This document shows positions 27,368 to 35,702 of a DNA stretch of 37,786 nucleotides, piece after piece. The notes below the pieces were generated by a model. It searched no databases and was not told the DNA's origin. It saw only the letters and a list, made by a program, of their open reading frames with translations. Source of the stretch: Patescibacteria group bacterium (GTDB lineage: Bacteria > Patescibacteriota > Minisyncoccia > Phycocordibacterales > Phycocordibacteraceae). The position numbers and the translations under genes were made by a program. Numbering within the stretch: the first letter of the stretch is position 1; the number at the start of each line of letters is the position of its first letter. The stretch lies in assembly GCA_004322365.1 (NCBI GenBank), contig SCTS01000007.1, positions 84,266-122,051 of the forward strand, given 5' to 3'.

Positions 27368-27807
27368 GAGGGTTCTAGCTTCTAGGTGCTAGGTTTTAGC
27401 TTTAAGACTCGCAATGATAGCAACGAGCATCTTCGAAACTTCCTGTAGCGCCGCTACTATTTCATTATAGTCGACTTTTTCTCCGTACTCTAAGCGTTTT
27501 GCTATTTCAAGCTGTGTTTCTAGTTCAGATACAGAACCTAAAGCAATGTGCAGGAATTGGGCGAAGTCTTTTCTGGTACTTCTCGATCTGCCCTCCGCTA
27601 TGTTGGAAGAAATTGAAACCGCCGCTCGTCTCATTTGATTAATGAGACCGAATTTCTCTTCAGACGGAAACTTAGAAGTAAGTTTGTAAATTATAATCGC
27701 TAAATCTATCCCCTTCTGCCACACAATAAGGTCTTTATGAGAATAGATTTTAGTCTTATTTGTTTGCATTTTAAAAGCTGGCACCTAAAACCTAGTCCCT
27801 AGCACCT
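27368..27807. mobile_element. Putative heptamer-arm cassette carrying a four-helix-bundle gene
   Basis: Left arm CTAGCTT CTAGGTG CTAGGTT TTAGC-TTTAA (27375-27405); right side TTTAAA-AGCTGGC ACCTAAA ACCTAGT CCCTAGC ACCT (27770-27807); mobility is inferred. Confidence 0.5.
27389..27769 (-). CDS. Four helix bundle protein (TIGR02436 / 23S rRNA IVS protein-like)
   Basis: HKDLIVWQK, FPSEEKFGLINQMRRAAVSISSNIAEG, FLHIALGSVSELETQL; ATG at 27769. Confidence 0.93.
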   Translation of the reverse strand: MQTNKTKIYSHKDLIVWQKGIDLAIIIYKLTSKFPSEEKFGLINQMRRAAVSISSNIAEGRSRSTRKDFAQFLHIALGSVSELETQLEIAKRLEYGEKVDYNEIVAALQEVSKMLVAIIASLKAKT

Positions 27808-27809
27808 TC

Positions 27810-28247
27810 TTATCTCTGTTTCTTGTCCGAATACATACTCTCTTTTATGTCCAAGCTCCACGCTAAGTCTTTAATCTTGTTTGAAGTGGCCGAAGGTGCG
27901 TATTTTGCCGGATCTTCAGCGGGTGTTTGCCCAGGAAGAGTAATTTCGTCAGGGAGGACAGTCTTTGATTGTTTCTTCTCCCAAATGTAGAGTTTTGTGC
28001 GAAAAAGGTATTGGAAGCCAGATTCAAGTGCATTTATGAGAGGGCGGTCGTTGATTTTGTAGAATGCGAGTGCAGCACCTAAAAGTGCAATTGGCCCACC
28101 AATAACTATTGCAAGCCAGTGCGGCATAACAAACCACAGCGCTACGAGGAATCCTCCTCCTCCGACGAGGTATATAAATTGTACGGCAGTTAGAGGACCG
28201 AAAATTTTGTCTTCAACTTCAACGAACTGAGGAACTTGGAATTGCAT
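27810..28247 (-). CDS. prgI: PrgI family protein (VirB3-like)
   Basis: MQFQVPQFVEVEDKIFGPLT..QF, two TM helices, YIW. Confidence 0.88.
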   Translation of the reverse strand: MQFQVPQFVEVEDKIFGPLTAVQFIYLVGGGGFLVALWFVMPHWLAIVIGGPIALLGAALAFYKINDRPLINALESGFQYLFRTKLYIWEKKQSKTVLPDEITLPGQTPAEDPAKYAPSATSNKIKDLAWSLDIKESMYSDKKQR

Positions 28248-28252
28248 ACTAG

Positions 28253-28292
28253 TAAGGGTATAGCGTTTAGTGGTTAGCGTCTAGGGTTTTAA
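28253..28292. repeat. Variant heptamer arm followed by TTTAA
   Basis: TAAGGGT ATAGCGT TTAGTGG TTAGCGT CTAGGGT TTTAA; weak partner arm TCCCTAA ACGCTAA ACCCCAC at 29011-29031. Confidence 0.65.
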
Positions 28293-28325
28293 GGAGAATA
28301 AAAAACTTCCTTAATTTAATGTATG

Positions 28326-28348
28326 TGTGGGATTTCGTAAATCCCACA
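28326..28348. repeat. REP-like hairpin (copy 1 of 3)
   Basis: TGTGGGATTT CGT AAATCCCACA; related copies at 29174-29198 and 29808-29828. Confidence 0.75.
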
Positions 28349-28403
28349 TGCATGCGTCAAGAGTCCCCTATTTGAATTGTTTCTATATATGGAAATTTTT
28401 ACC

Positions 28404-28437
28404 ATTCCTATATACCAGTTAACTGGTATATAGGAAT
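28404..28437. repeat. 34-bp perfect palindrome
   Basis: ATTCCTATATACCAGTT|AACTGGTATATAGGAAT. Confidence 0.92.
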
Positions 28438-28541
28438 TAACGCTCTGCGGAGGTCCGACATTTGCACTCTCTACATATCCGATGAAGCGTCCTCACCGCT
28501 TCATTCTCGCGACCCGGTTGTTGTTATTAGTAAGTATGTCA

Positions 28542-28955
28542 TTAGAAGGTTATTCTGATGTGCGCCATTTCCCCACGTGAGATCCACCCACCCCCGTTGG
28601 GACCCTTTTCGCTACGTTCTCCAGGGAAGAGTGAAAACTTAAATCCGTTCTCAGTACAAAATTTTTTAATTTTTTTAAATGCTTGGAATTTCTCCATGTC
28701 CACTAATTCCAAATGTCCACTAAGGTTTTGATTAATATGTGTTCCTCCTCTGCTAGCTGCTTCTAGTATCTTTTGGTGTAGATTATGATAAAAGACCTCT
28801 AGTGAGTCTGCGATCTCAGGGTATTTTTTTTCCTGTACCTGCATACGTTCTTCTTCTTTTTCTTTCTCTTCTTTCTCAACACGAAGTCTTATTCTATGTT
28901 CCTCAATCATTCGCTGTAGCGACAAACCTTGTGGGGATTGGGAAGATTTTTCCAT
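28542..28955 (-). CDS. Hypothetical protein, paralog of 29248-29763
   Basis: ATG at 28955, 8 nt after a -10-like element; shared sequence blocks with the neighbour. Confidence 0.7.
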   Translation of the reverse strand: MEKSSQSPQGLSLQRMIEEHRIRLRVEKEEKEKEEERMQVQEKKYPEIADSLEVFYHNLHQKILEAASRGGTHINQNLSGHLELVDMEKFQAFKKIKKFCTENGFKFSLFPGERSEKGPNGGGWISRGEMAHIRITF

Positions 28956-29000
28956 ACCCAAGCACCCTACGCTGAATATTCTTTTTGTCAAACAGCAATG
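28948..29000 (-). promoter_or_regulatory. Duplicated promoter/start block, copy 1
   Basis: TTGACA-16 nt-TAGGGT-GCTTGGGT-ATGGAAAA. Confidence 0.7.
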
Positions 29001-29083
29001 ACAAACACCATCCCTAAACGCTAAACCCCACCCTCCTACTTCACCCTACTGGTTCTCGGAGATCGCATACAGTCGTCTGAATG

Positions 29084-29117
29084 TAGCCAGTGACTTGATA
29101 TATCAAGTCACTGGCTA
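29084..29117. repeat. 34-bp perfect palindrome
   Basis: TAGCCAGTGACTTGATA|TATCAAGTCACTGGCTA. Confidence 0.92.
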
Positions 29118-29247
29118 GTCATATTTTTTAGGTTACTCTTCTTTCCTCTTCGGGTAGTTCCTTAATTTACTACATGTGGGACCTACGAGGTCCCACATCA
29201 GCATCTCTTACTTCTGCAATCTGTTTTCTACTACGACGAGCGCGCCG

Positions 29248-29763
29248 TTAGAAAAGTATGCTGATAATGTGATTTGTAGGTGGGGTTCGCCATGACGGAA
29301 ATTCCCAGTCAAGATATTCTGTTCTAGAGTTGTCGGAATAGTGCAATTTTAGTCCATACTTGCTACAAAATGTTTTGAGGTCTTTAAATGCCTTCAGGTT
29401 CATCAGTGTATCTTTAGGTAAGTCCCATATGGAAACCTCGGCCATAACTGAATGGTGGCCTTTTTCGGTAGCCTCTAATATATTTTCATATGCGCTTGCT
29501 AAGAAATCTTCTAAGGTGTTAGAGGCGTTTAAACATGCTTCTGCTACTCGACGTTGTTCCTCCTCTTCCTTCTTGCGCTTTTCCTTCCGGTTTTCTTCAT
29601 CTCTTCCCGCACCCCTCGCATCTCTTGTTTTGTCGTAAATGGTTCTACGTTCGCTTATCATTTCTCGTAGCGACCCATCAGGTGGAGATTCATTCCATTC
29701 CGTATTTTTTTGTCCCGAAGCTTTTCTTCCCCAGAACTCGTCCCAAAATGATACTTTTTCCAT
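29248..29763 (-). CDS. Hypothetical protein, paralog of 28542-28955
   Basis: ATG at 29763; SLREMISERR, ILEATEKG and KAFKDLKTFC match blocks in the neighbour. Confidence 0.7.
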   Translation of the reverse strand: MEKVSFWDEFWGRKASGQKNTEWNESPPDGSLREMISERRTIYDKTRDARGAGRDEENRKEKRKKEEEEQRRVAEACLNASNTLEDFLASAYENILEATEKGHHSVMAEVSIWDLPKDTLMNLKAFKDLKTFCSKYGLKLHYSDNSRTEYLDWEFPSWRTPPTNHIISILF

Positions 29764-29808
29764 ACCCAAGCACTCTACGTTGAGTGTTTGCTTTGTCAAA
29801 CAATAATG
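29756..29808 (-). promoter_or_regulatory. Duplicated promoter/start block, copy 2
   Basis: TTGACA-16 nt-TAGAGT-GCTTGGGT-ATGGAAAA. Confidence 0.7.
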
Positions 29809-29830
29809 TTGGGTTTCGTAAACCCAACGT

Positions 29831-30592
29831 TTATTCTACTGGTTCGCGGTATGGGTCGACACCTCCTTTGTAGGCTGGCTTCGGTGTTTCAGTTGCTTGT
29901 GGTTTTATTGGTGCAGGAGTTTCAGTCGGCGCAGTCTTTTTAGTTTCTTCTCCTAGTTTTTCTTCTGAGATTGGCGTTACTGGTACACCCGTTTCGTCTG
30001 TTTTATTTTCGTTAGGTACATCTGTCACCAATCCTAGTTTTTCCGCAACAATACTCGATGGAGACAGGTCAGCCGTCTCTTCTGGTGTTACTACAGGAGG
30101 ATTGAGTCGTTCCTGCTCTGCTTTGGCTCTGTCTGCTTCGTCAGGGTCTTTCCAACCATCAATCTTTTCTTTTTCGGCGAGAGCATCCAACGCTTCATCG
30201 GAAAGAAGAAGAGGATCATTTTCTTCAGGTTTTTTCCCTAACTCTTCTTCGTCCCACACAGGCTCTGGTGCCACAATGTTTTCTTGCACGCGTCTTCGGG
30301 CCTCTTTAAAGAGACGGTCGTTTATATCAGCCACTAGTTCGTGAGTCGCTGCATTTGAGAGTTCCGGCAACATTTGATGAAGATTAGTTTCAAGTACTGC
30401 CTCTGACTCTAATCCCATGAGGGTTGCGTTGGCAATGTCACTTACCAAACCTGCCTGATTAAAGTTTAGTTTGTATTTAGCAAATATGCCTCGATATATT
30501 GCAATAAGCTCCTTCGAGTCAAAAAAGTCGTTTACAGGCTTCGTTAGTTTTTTTCTTGCTTCAATATATTCGTCTCGCGTGTAATTTTTCAT
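29831..30592 (-). CDS. Hypothetical protein with acidic, Pro-rich tail ending DPYREPVE
   Basis: Long ORF co-oriented with the VirB6-like gene, 20 bp downstream of it. Confidence 0.75.
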   Translation of the reverse strand: MKNYTRDEYIEARKKLTKPVNDFFDSKELIAIYRGIFAKYKLNFNQAGLVSDIANATLMGLESEAVLETNLHQMLPELSNAATHELVADINDRLFKEARRRVQENIVAPEPVWDEEELGKKPEENDPLLLSDEALDALAEKEKIDGWKDPDEADRAKAEQERLNPPVVTPEETADLSPSSIVAEKLGLVTDVPNENKTDETGVPVTPISEEKLGEETKKTAPTETPAPIKPQATETPKPAYKGGVDPYREPVE

Positions 30593-30612
30593 AATGGGTA
30601 TAAGAGAATTAT

Positions 30613-33600
30613 TTAAGACCCCTGTTCATTTTCAATTTCATCAACAGATGGTAGTCCAAGTCTCGCACGTTCTTTTGCTACTTCTTCCCAGTCAACTGAA
30701 TAGCTTTTTCCGCTCGGAGTGGTTCGTAGCCAGTTTAGGGTTTCTGGAGATCCATAGATTGCCATGGCCAACGCCTGTTTGTCTTTCCACGCCTGATCTT
30801 TATGGCTCGCCATCAGTTGTTCGGCACTCATGTATTTACCCACAAGGCGAAGACCGTACGCCTCTTGTTTAAGTTCTGAGTCAATTTCCCCGTCGGATTT
30901 ACCTTCAAAGTAGTTTCTACTCTGTTCGTCGGCGCGTTTACGTAACCACGCTGCGTAAAATATCTTACCTTCATTTGTTGCGGTCCCTCCAAGTTTTTCT
31001 AACTTCTCTTCAAAATCTTCATATGAAATTGTACCTTCAGTAATAGGGTCTGTAACCATTGCCATGGCCGCATCTCGTTGAACCTCGCTTGTGACACCCG
31101 CACCTTCAAAAATTTCCATCGCTTCAGTATCCATAGTATCTGCGTCAATAACACGCTTACGTTTGTATGCTCTCATGTCACGTTTCTCACCGTAGGAAAT
31201 TTTGTTACTTTTTTGCAAAGCCTGTCCGACGCTGTTTTTAACTGCATCTATGAAGACTTTATTTTTTCGCATTCCATTTTTAATACCCTCGTCTGATTCT
31301 ATATAATCAATAACCTCTGCGTCGTTTTCATATTTCTTAAATGATTGGTGTAGTTTTACTCGAAACTGATGATATTCATTGCTTCCACGCAACACTTTCC
31401 CTACACGCTTTTCTTTAGACATTTTTTTCCATGCGTCGAGTTCCACAACTTTCTCTTCAAAGTCTCGGGCTTCTCGCATGATGGTGCCCAAACGTACATC
31501 GCGGACCTCATTTTTAATTGTACGACTGATGGAGTCGTCAGCTTTCATTTGTGCCCACTGATCATCTGAGAGCGACATGGCGATTTTAGGTAGAAGAGCA
31601 TGGTCTCTTCGAATTTCTTCCTTCAGTGTGCTGTATGAAATTTCAACAGCAGCGGAACGCATTTGATCCAGAGCGCTTTGGTATGTAATTTTTTCCTTAC
31701 CGGCCTCTCGTTCTTCTTTAGTACGGAGGTCTACATCCTTGCGTAGACGGTCGCGATACTCCCAATCTCCCTCGACACCCCATGTTTTCTTGTCCTTGTC
31801 GTATAACCACAAACGACCCTGCCATCGCCCGTCTTCTTTTGCTCGTGCAAGAAGATCTTGGCGCTCTTTATTATCGAGATCCCCCCAACTTTTTCCTTTG
31901 TATTTTTCATCGTTAGTTGTAAGAGTATCTAGGCTTTTACCTAGCTCTGAATCTTTCCAACGACTGTCTGCCATCACCTCATTTTTTTGCTTATCAGATA
32001 GACTATCGAAGTCTTTTTTAAACTTCTCTTTAGCAATGACATTAGCTAACTCTCGATGTTCTTTATCCTTAGCTTCAACAGCCTCTTTTCTTTCTTTGAC
32101 ATCATTATGTTGATCAACAAGCCCTCCTGCCCCTTTCAGTTTCTTTAAATTTTCTTGCGAAGTCTTTACGTCGCCAAGTCGTGTTTTTCGCTTCTCAGCC
32201 TCCTCAATTCTTGTTAGGTACCCTTCTTTTCCTCCGAATTTTGCGTCCGCCACAGTCTGGAATCCTTTTTGTATACCACGATCAATTCCACTCCCCGCCA
32301 AGAGTTTCGGTATACGTCCATCAGATGCAATCCACTTCTCGTACCCACGCCCTAGACGGTCAGCTAAAAATCCGGCAGTGCCCGTTGCTGCGCTACTTCC
32401 CATGTATTTGAGACTACTTGTGTATACCTTTGGCATCCAGCCGGCAAGTTTGTCGGATGTTTTGTACACATCAGTAAGTCGTTTTGAGGCCTCACTCATG
32501 CCTTTGGCGATTTTGAGCGACTGCAACATGAAAACTGTTGCCACCATGAAGGTGAGCAGACCACCAATGAGATTAGTGTCGTTCCCGCTAAATGCGCCAT
32601 TAGAATTATCAAGAATGGTGAGAGAAAAACCTACGAGAAGAAAGTACACTGGCGCAAAAAATGCCTGACTGAAAAGCGCCTCCCACCACTCTTTTGCGTA
32701 TTTGCTTATTTGAGGAATGGCCATGCCCGCGATACCTATGGGGGATGTGATGAGAATAAGGATGAGTGCAACAAAGCGCCCTAAGAGTAATGATGCAGCA
32801 GACAGAAATACGAATATTGTTACTGCAATAAGTACGACGCTTAAAATATCTTGCAAAACTCCCATCCATTGGCTGTCTTGTTCTCCGCCTCTAAGACCCT
32901 CAACCCTACCTTGTAGATACTCTGCTAAGTTTTTATGTGGACTTTGGATAACTCGCTCAAAACGATCAACAATGGTACAGGCCTCTGCACATCTTTCAGT
33001 TTGGATAGTTGCTCTATAAATAGTGGTCGCAAGAAAATTTGAGGAATCTATAATCGCGCCTGCGAAAAAGAAACTGAAGTTTACTAAGAGAGCCGCAATA
33101 ATGAGGCGCACTAAAAGTTTTTGGGCGTTTATAGTTGCAAGATGCAGAATAGTGCCAATGGCAGTTGCAATAAGTCCACCAATGATGGCGAGGTTTGCAA
33201 GGTCACGCATAATGCGCCACGCGATTTGTATACCCACAGCGTCTGAGGAGGTAACAAAGCTACCCATATTCACAACAAGTTGTTCTACGAAAAAATTCAA
33301 AAATAACCCTACAAAATAAAGAATAACTTCCGCTAGCTTTAGAAGCATTGAAGTAAATACACGGATGATGCTCGCGAGGCAGTCATCTGCTTTCGCAGCT
33401 CCAAATATTGGAATAGCTGCCGATGCGCAATCGATAGCGACATCTAGACCTCTTTGAACTCCAGGGGAGTTTGCTATTGCCGCACCAGCTGCACCTTGCT
33501 GTGCTGAGTAGGTGGCTTCTGCAGTTTGCTGAGCTGCCGCAGCTTCAGGCGCAACAGTTGCGAGGCCACCAGCCGCCCCGCTTTCTCCTGCTTCTCCAGC

Positions 33601-33675
33601 GAATGCGAGATGTGAGGGCACCACAAACCCAGCGAGAGTAATGGTGAGCAAAAGAATTAAAAAAACTTTCTTCAT
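30613..33675 (-). CDS. Large VirB6/TrbL-like polytopic membrane protein with long charged C-terminal region
   Basis: WRIMRDLAN, LIIAALLVNFSFF..IID.SN, GRFVALILILITSP, WW..QAFFAPVY; T4SS context. Confidence 0.75.
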   Translation of the reverse strand: MKKVFLILLLTITLAGFVVPSHLAFAGEAGESGAAGGLATVAPEAAAAQQTAEATYSAQQGAAGAAIANSPGVQRGLDVAIDCASAAIPIFGAAKADDCLASIIRVFTSMLLKLAEVILYFVGLFLNFFVEQLVVNMGSFVTSSDAVGIQIAWRIMRDLANLAIIGGLIATAIGTILHLATINAQKLLVRLIIAALLVNFSFFFAGAIIDSSNFLATTIYRATIQTERCAEACTIVDRFERVIQSPHKNLAEYLQGRVEGLRGGEQDSQWMGVLQDILSVVLIAVTIFVFLSAASLLLGRFVALILILITSPIGIAGMAIPQISKYAKEWWEALFSQAFFAPVYFLLVGFSLTILDNSNGAFSGNDTNLIGGLLTFMVATVFMLQSLKIAKGMSEASKRLTDVYKTSDKLAGWMPKVYTSSLKYMGSSAATGTAGFLADRLGRGYEKWIASDGRIPKLLAGSGIDRGIQKGFQTVADAKFGGKEGYLTRIEEAEKRKTRLGDVKTSQENLKKLKGAGGLVDQHNDVKERKEAVEAKDKEHRELANVIAKEKFKKDFDSLSDKQKNEVMADSRWKDSELGKSLDTLTTNDEKYKGKSWGDLDNKERQDLLARAKEDGRWQGRLWLYDKDKKTWGVEGDWEYRDRLRKDVDLRTKEEREAGKEKITYQSALDQMRSAAVEISYSTLKEEIRRDHALLPKIAMSLSDDQWAQMKADDSISRTIKNEVRDVRLGTIMREARDFEEKVVELDAWKKMSKEKRVGKVLRGSNEYHQFRVKLHQSFKKYENDAEVIDYIESDEGIKNGMRKNKVFIDAVKNSVGQALQKSNKISYGEKRDMRAYKRKRVIDADTMDTEAMEIFEGAGVTSEVQRDAAMAMVTDPITEGTISYEDFEEKLEKLGGTATNEGKIFYAAWLRKRADEQSRNYFEGKSDGEIDSELKQEAYGLRLVGKYMSAEQLMASHKDQAWKDKQALAMAIYGSPETLNWLRTTPSGKSYSVDWEEVAKERARLGLPSVDEIENEQGS

Positions 33676-33677
33676 GT

Positions 33678-35702
33678 CTAATAGGTTCTACACAGAGTGA
33701 GTTGTGTGTTTGCAGTTGCAGACATTTCCGCGAGGAGTGTTTTTGATGCATCACGGTCATTTGTAAGAGAGGCAAGATTGTTTTGTGTATGTATAGGACC
33801 GTATGTTTTGAGAGAGTTGAATGCTTCAGCGAGAGCATTAATTTCAGTAGAAGTTTCAGCACTACCCACCTCCGATTGGAGCGCTTCAAGTGATGAGGAG
33901 GTACTGTCAGAATTATCAAACGCAATTGAAGCTAATTCTATTTGTGGAGTGAGCGTAGTATTAACCGTTGAAGATGCCTGATTCATTTTTGTGGTTGCCG
34001 TTGCAGAGTCAATACCTAGCCCTCCGCCCTTAGTAACGAGGGCTAGGTAGCAAGCTTGCACAGAAGCGTAGCCACTTTTTGTATTCTCTAGATTAACAAT
34101 CATGTCGGCAAGAGTTGCTTGGTATGCGTATTCGATTACCAGCGATTTTTCTATGTTGTCATTTAAAGTAAGCTTCGCTTGATTCGCGGCGTTTGCTCCT
34201 GTGTTTTGAGTGAGATTATCAAGGTATGAGCCACTCCCTGTTGAACTTTTATTAGACAGTCCAACTAACCCCTTCAAACTCGTGAGAGCTTGCTGGCCAA
34301 GTTGTGCAAATAAAGAATTTACCAAGCTCCCGATATCATTCGCGTTTTGTTGTTGGCGTGCACCGCTCAACTGTGTGTCGGTGTGTACATCTTTTTGATC
34401 AACACCTGGCGTTGCAACTGCGTATGTTTGTAATATTAAACACTCTTCCTCTGTGCTTGCCGTACTCCCGTCGCTACAAGTTACCTTCGGATAGAATCCT
34501 TGACCTCTTTCGAGCTGCTGTTCTCTGTCGGCACTAGCAAGGGCGTTTCGTGTCTGAATGTAACTTTGGGTGATGGCGGTCACTCCCTCCGCAGTGCAAC
34601 CATCAGTGAGAGTAATGGTGAGACGGTTGGCACGCCTCTCGTCACCTGTTGACCCACATTTTGTAATATCTTTTCTGCACGCAATGACATCTATCTTTTC
34701 TGCAAGAGGACATTTCACTTGTTCAGCGAAGCTCGTTTGACGCCTCGTATCAGCAACAATAGTTCTTTGTACTACAGGAATAAGGGCTGGGACAATCCCG
34801 CTGTTTGTTAGTAGATTATTAACAACCTCATTAGTAATGACGCTGTTGGTTGTATTAGTGATCTCTACTAAGGATCTGTTTTCAAAGATTGGCCCACCGT
34901 CTCTGCCGGTAGTTGTGTACCTGGTATTTTCTTCAGCGAGTCGTGCTGTCGCGTCTATACGAGTTTTGCGCACCAAGACATTTTGTATACAGGTTACTTC
35001 AAGTTGCGTATCTTGATCAGCTTGAATTTGTTTTGTATTACCTTGGATTTTTTGGTTAACCTCGTGGATTTTTTGAGTGTTGCTTTGCACTGTGCTGTCG
35101 CTCACTGGCACGGCACCCATTCCTCCGCCTATCATTCCCAAAGCACCACCAGCAATACCTCCAAGACCACCGCTTCCGCCAAGCAAGCCCCCAATGGAGC
35201 CACCAATCCCACTGCTACTCCCGCCAAGTAATCCACTCACGGCGCCACCTATACTGCTTCCGCTACTTCCGCCGAGTAAGTTTCCAACTACATTTCCCAA
35301 GCCTGAGCTACTGAGAATACTGCTTATGTTTCCATTGCTACCGAGGAGACTTGAAATGATTTGCCCAGTCTGACTTCCGCCAGTAATGCTACTGATGATT
35401 CCACTTATGTTACCGCCCTGTGCACCGCTCAAAAGAGAGCTGATGTTACCTCCTTGGAATAACGATCCTAGTATTCCTGATATGGAACCAAGAGAACCTT
35501 GGGAGTTTGATTTACATCCTGCGACCTCGGCAGATTTACTGCTGTCGGTATCTGTGCCTGATGAAGAGATATTAATATCGTTCGGTAATCCTGGAAGTAG
35601 TGTTGGATTGGTATCAACAGTTGTTGCTTGTATGACTTCTTCAGCTGATACATACATCGGAGCAAGAGCAAGCAACAAAATTATGAGGATTATTTTTTTC
35701 AT
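33678..35702 (-). CDS. Secreted Gly/Ser-repeat protein, possible VirB5-like subunit
   Basis: Signal peptide, ~125-aa GNISS/GLLGG repeat tract, AVPVSD motif, paired Cys, helical C-terminus. Confidence 0.6.
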   Translation of the reverse strand: MKKIILIILLLALAPMYVSAEEVIQATTVDTNPTLLPGLPNDINISSSGTDTDSSKSAEVAGCKSNSQGSLGSISGILGSLFQGGNISSLLSGAQGGNISGIISSITGGSQTGQIISSLLGSNGNISSILSSSGLGNVVGNLLGGSSGSSIGGAVSGLLGGSSSGIGGSIGGLLGGSGGLGGIAGGALGMIGGGMGAVPVSDSTVQSNTQKIHEVNQKIQGNTKQIQADQDTQLEVTCIQNVLVRKTRIDATARLAEENTRYTTTGRDGGPIFENRSLVEITNTTNSVITNEVVNNLLTNSGIVPALIPVVQRTIVADTRRQTSFAEQVKCPLAEKIDVIACRKDITKCGSTGDERRANRLTITLTDGCTAEGVTAITQSYIQTRNALASADREQQLERGQGFYPKVTCSDGSTASTEEECLILQTYAVATPGVDQKDVHTDTQLSGARQQQNANDIGSLVNSLFAQLGQQALTSLKGLVGLSNKSSTGSGSYLDNLTQNTGANAANQAKLTLNDNIEKSLVIEYAYQATLADMIVNLENTKSGYASVQACYLALVTKGGGLGIDSATATTKMNQASSTVNTTLTPQIELASIAFDNSDSTSSSLEALQSEVGSAETSTEINALAEAFNSLKTYGPIHTQNNLASLTNDRDASKTLLAEMSATANTQLTLCRTY

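Noticed and set aside
27389-27769. Diversity-generating retroelement suggested by the Avd-like gene
   Set aside because: No reverse transcriptase and no template/variable repeat pair differing at adenines was seen in the window.
27389-27769. 23S rRNA intervening sequence
   Set aside because: The flanks are protein-coding genes and heptamer arms; no rRNA sequence is present.
28956-29799. Shared N-terminal peptide MTK....V.CLG in the two paralogs as called by the ORF track
   Set aside because: The TTG 'starts' are the TTGACA -35 boxes. The similarity reflects the duplicated promoter; the true starts are probably ATG 28955 and 29763.
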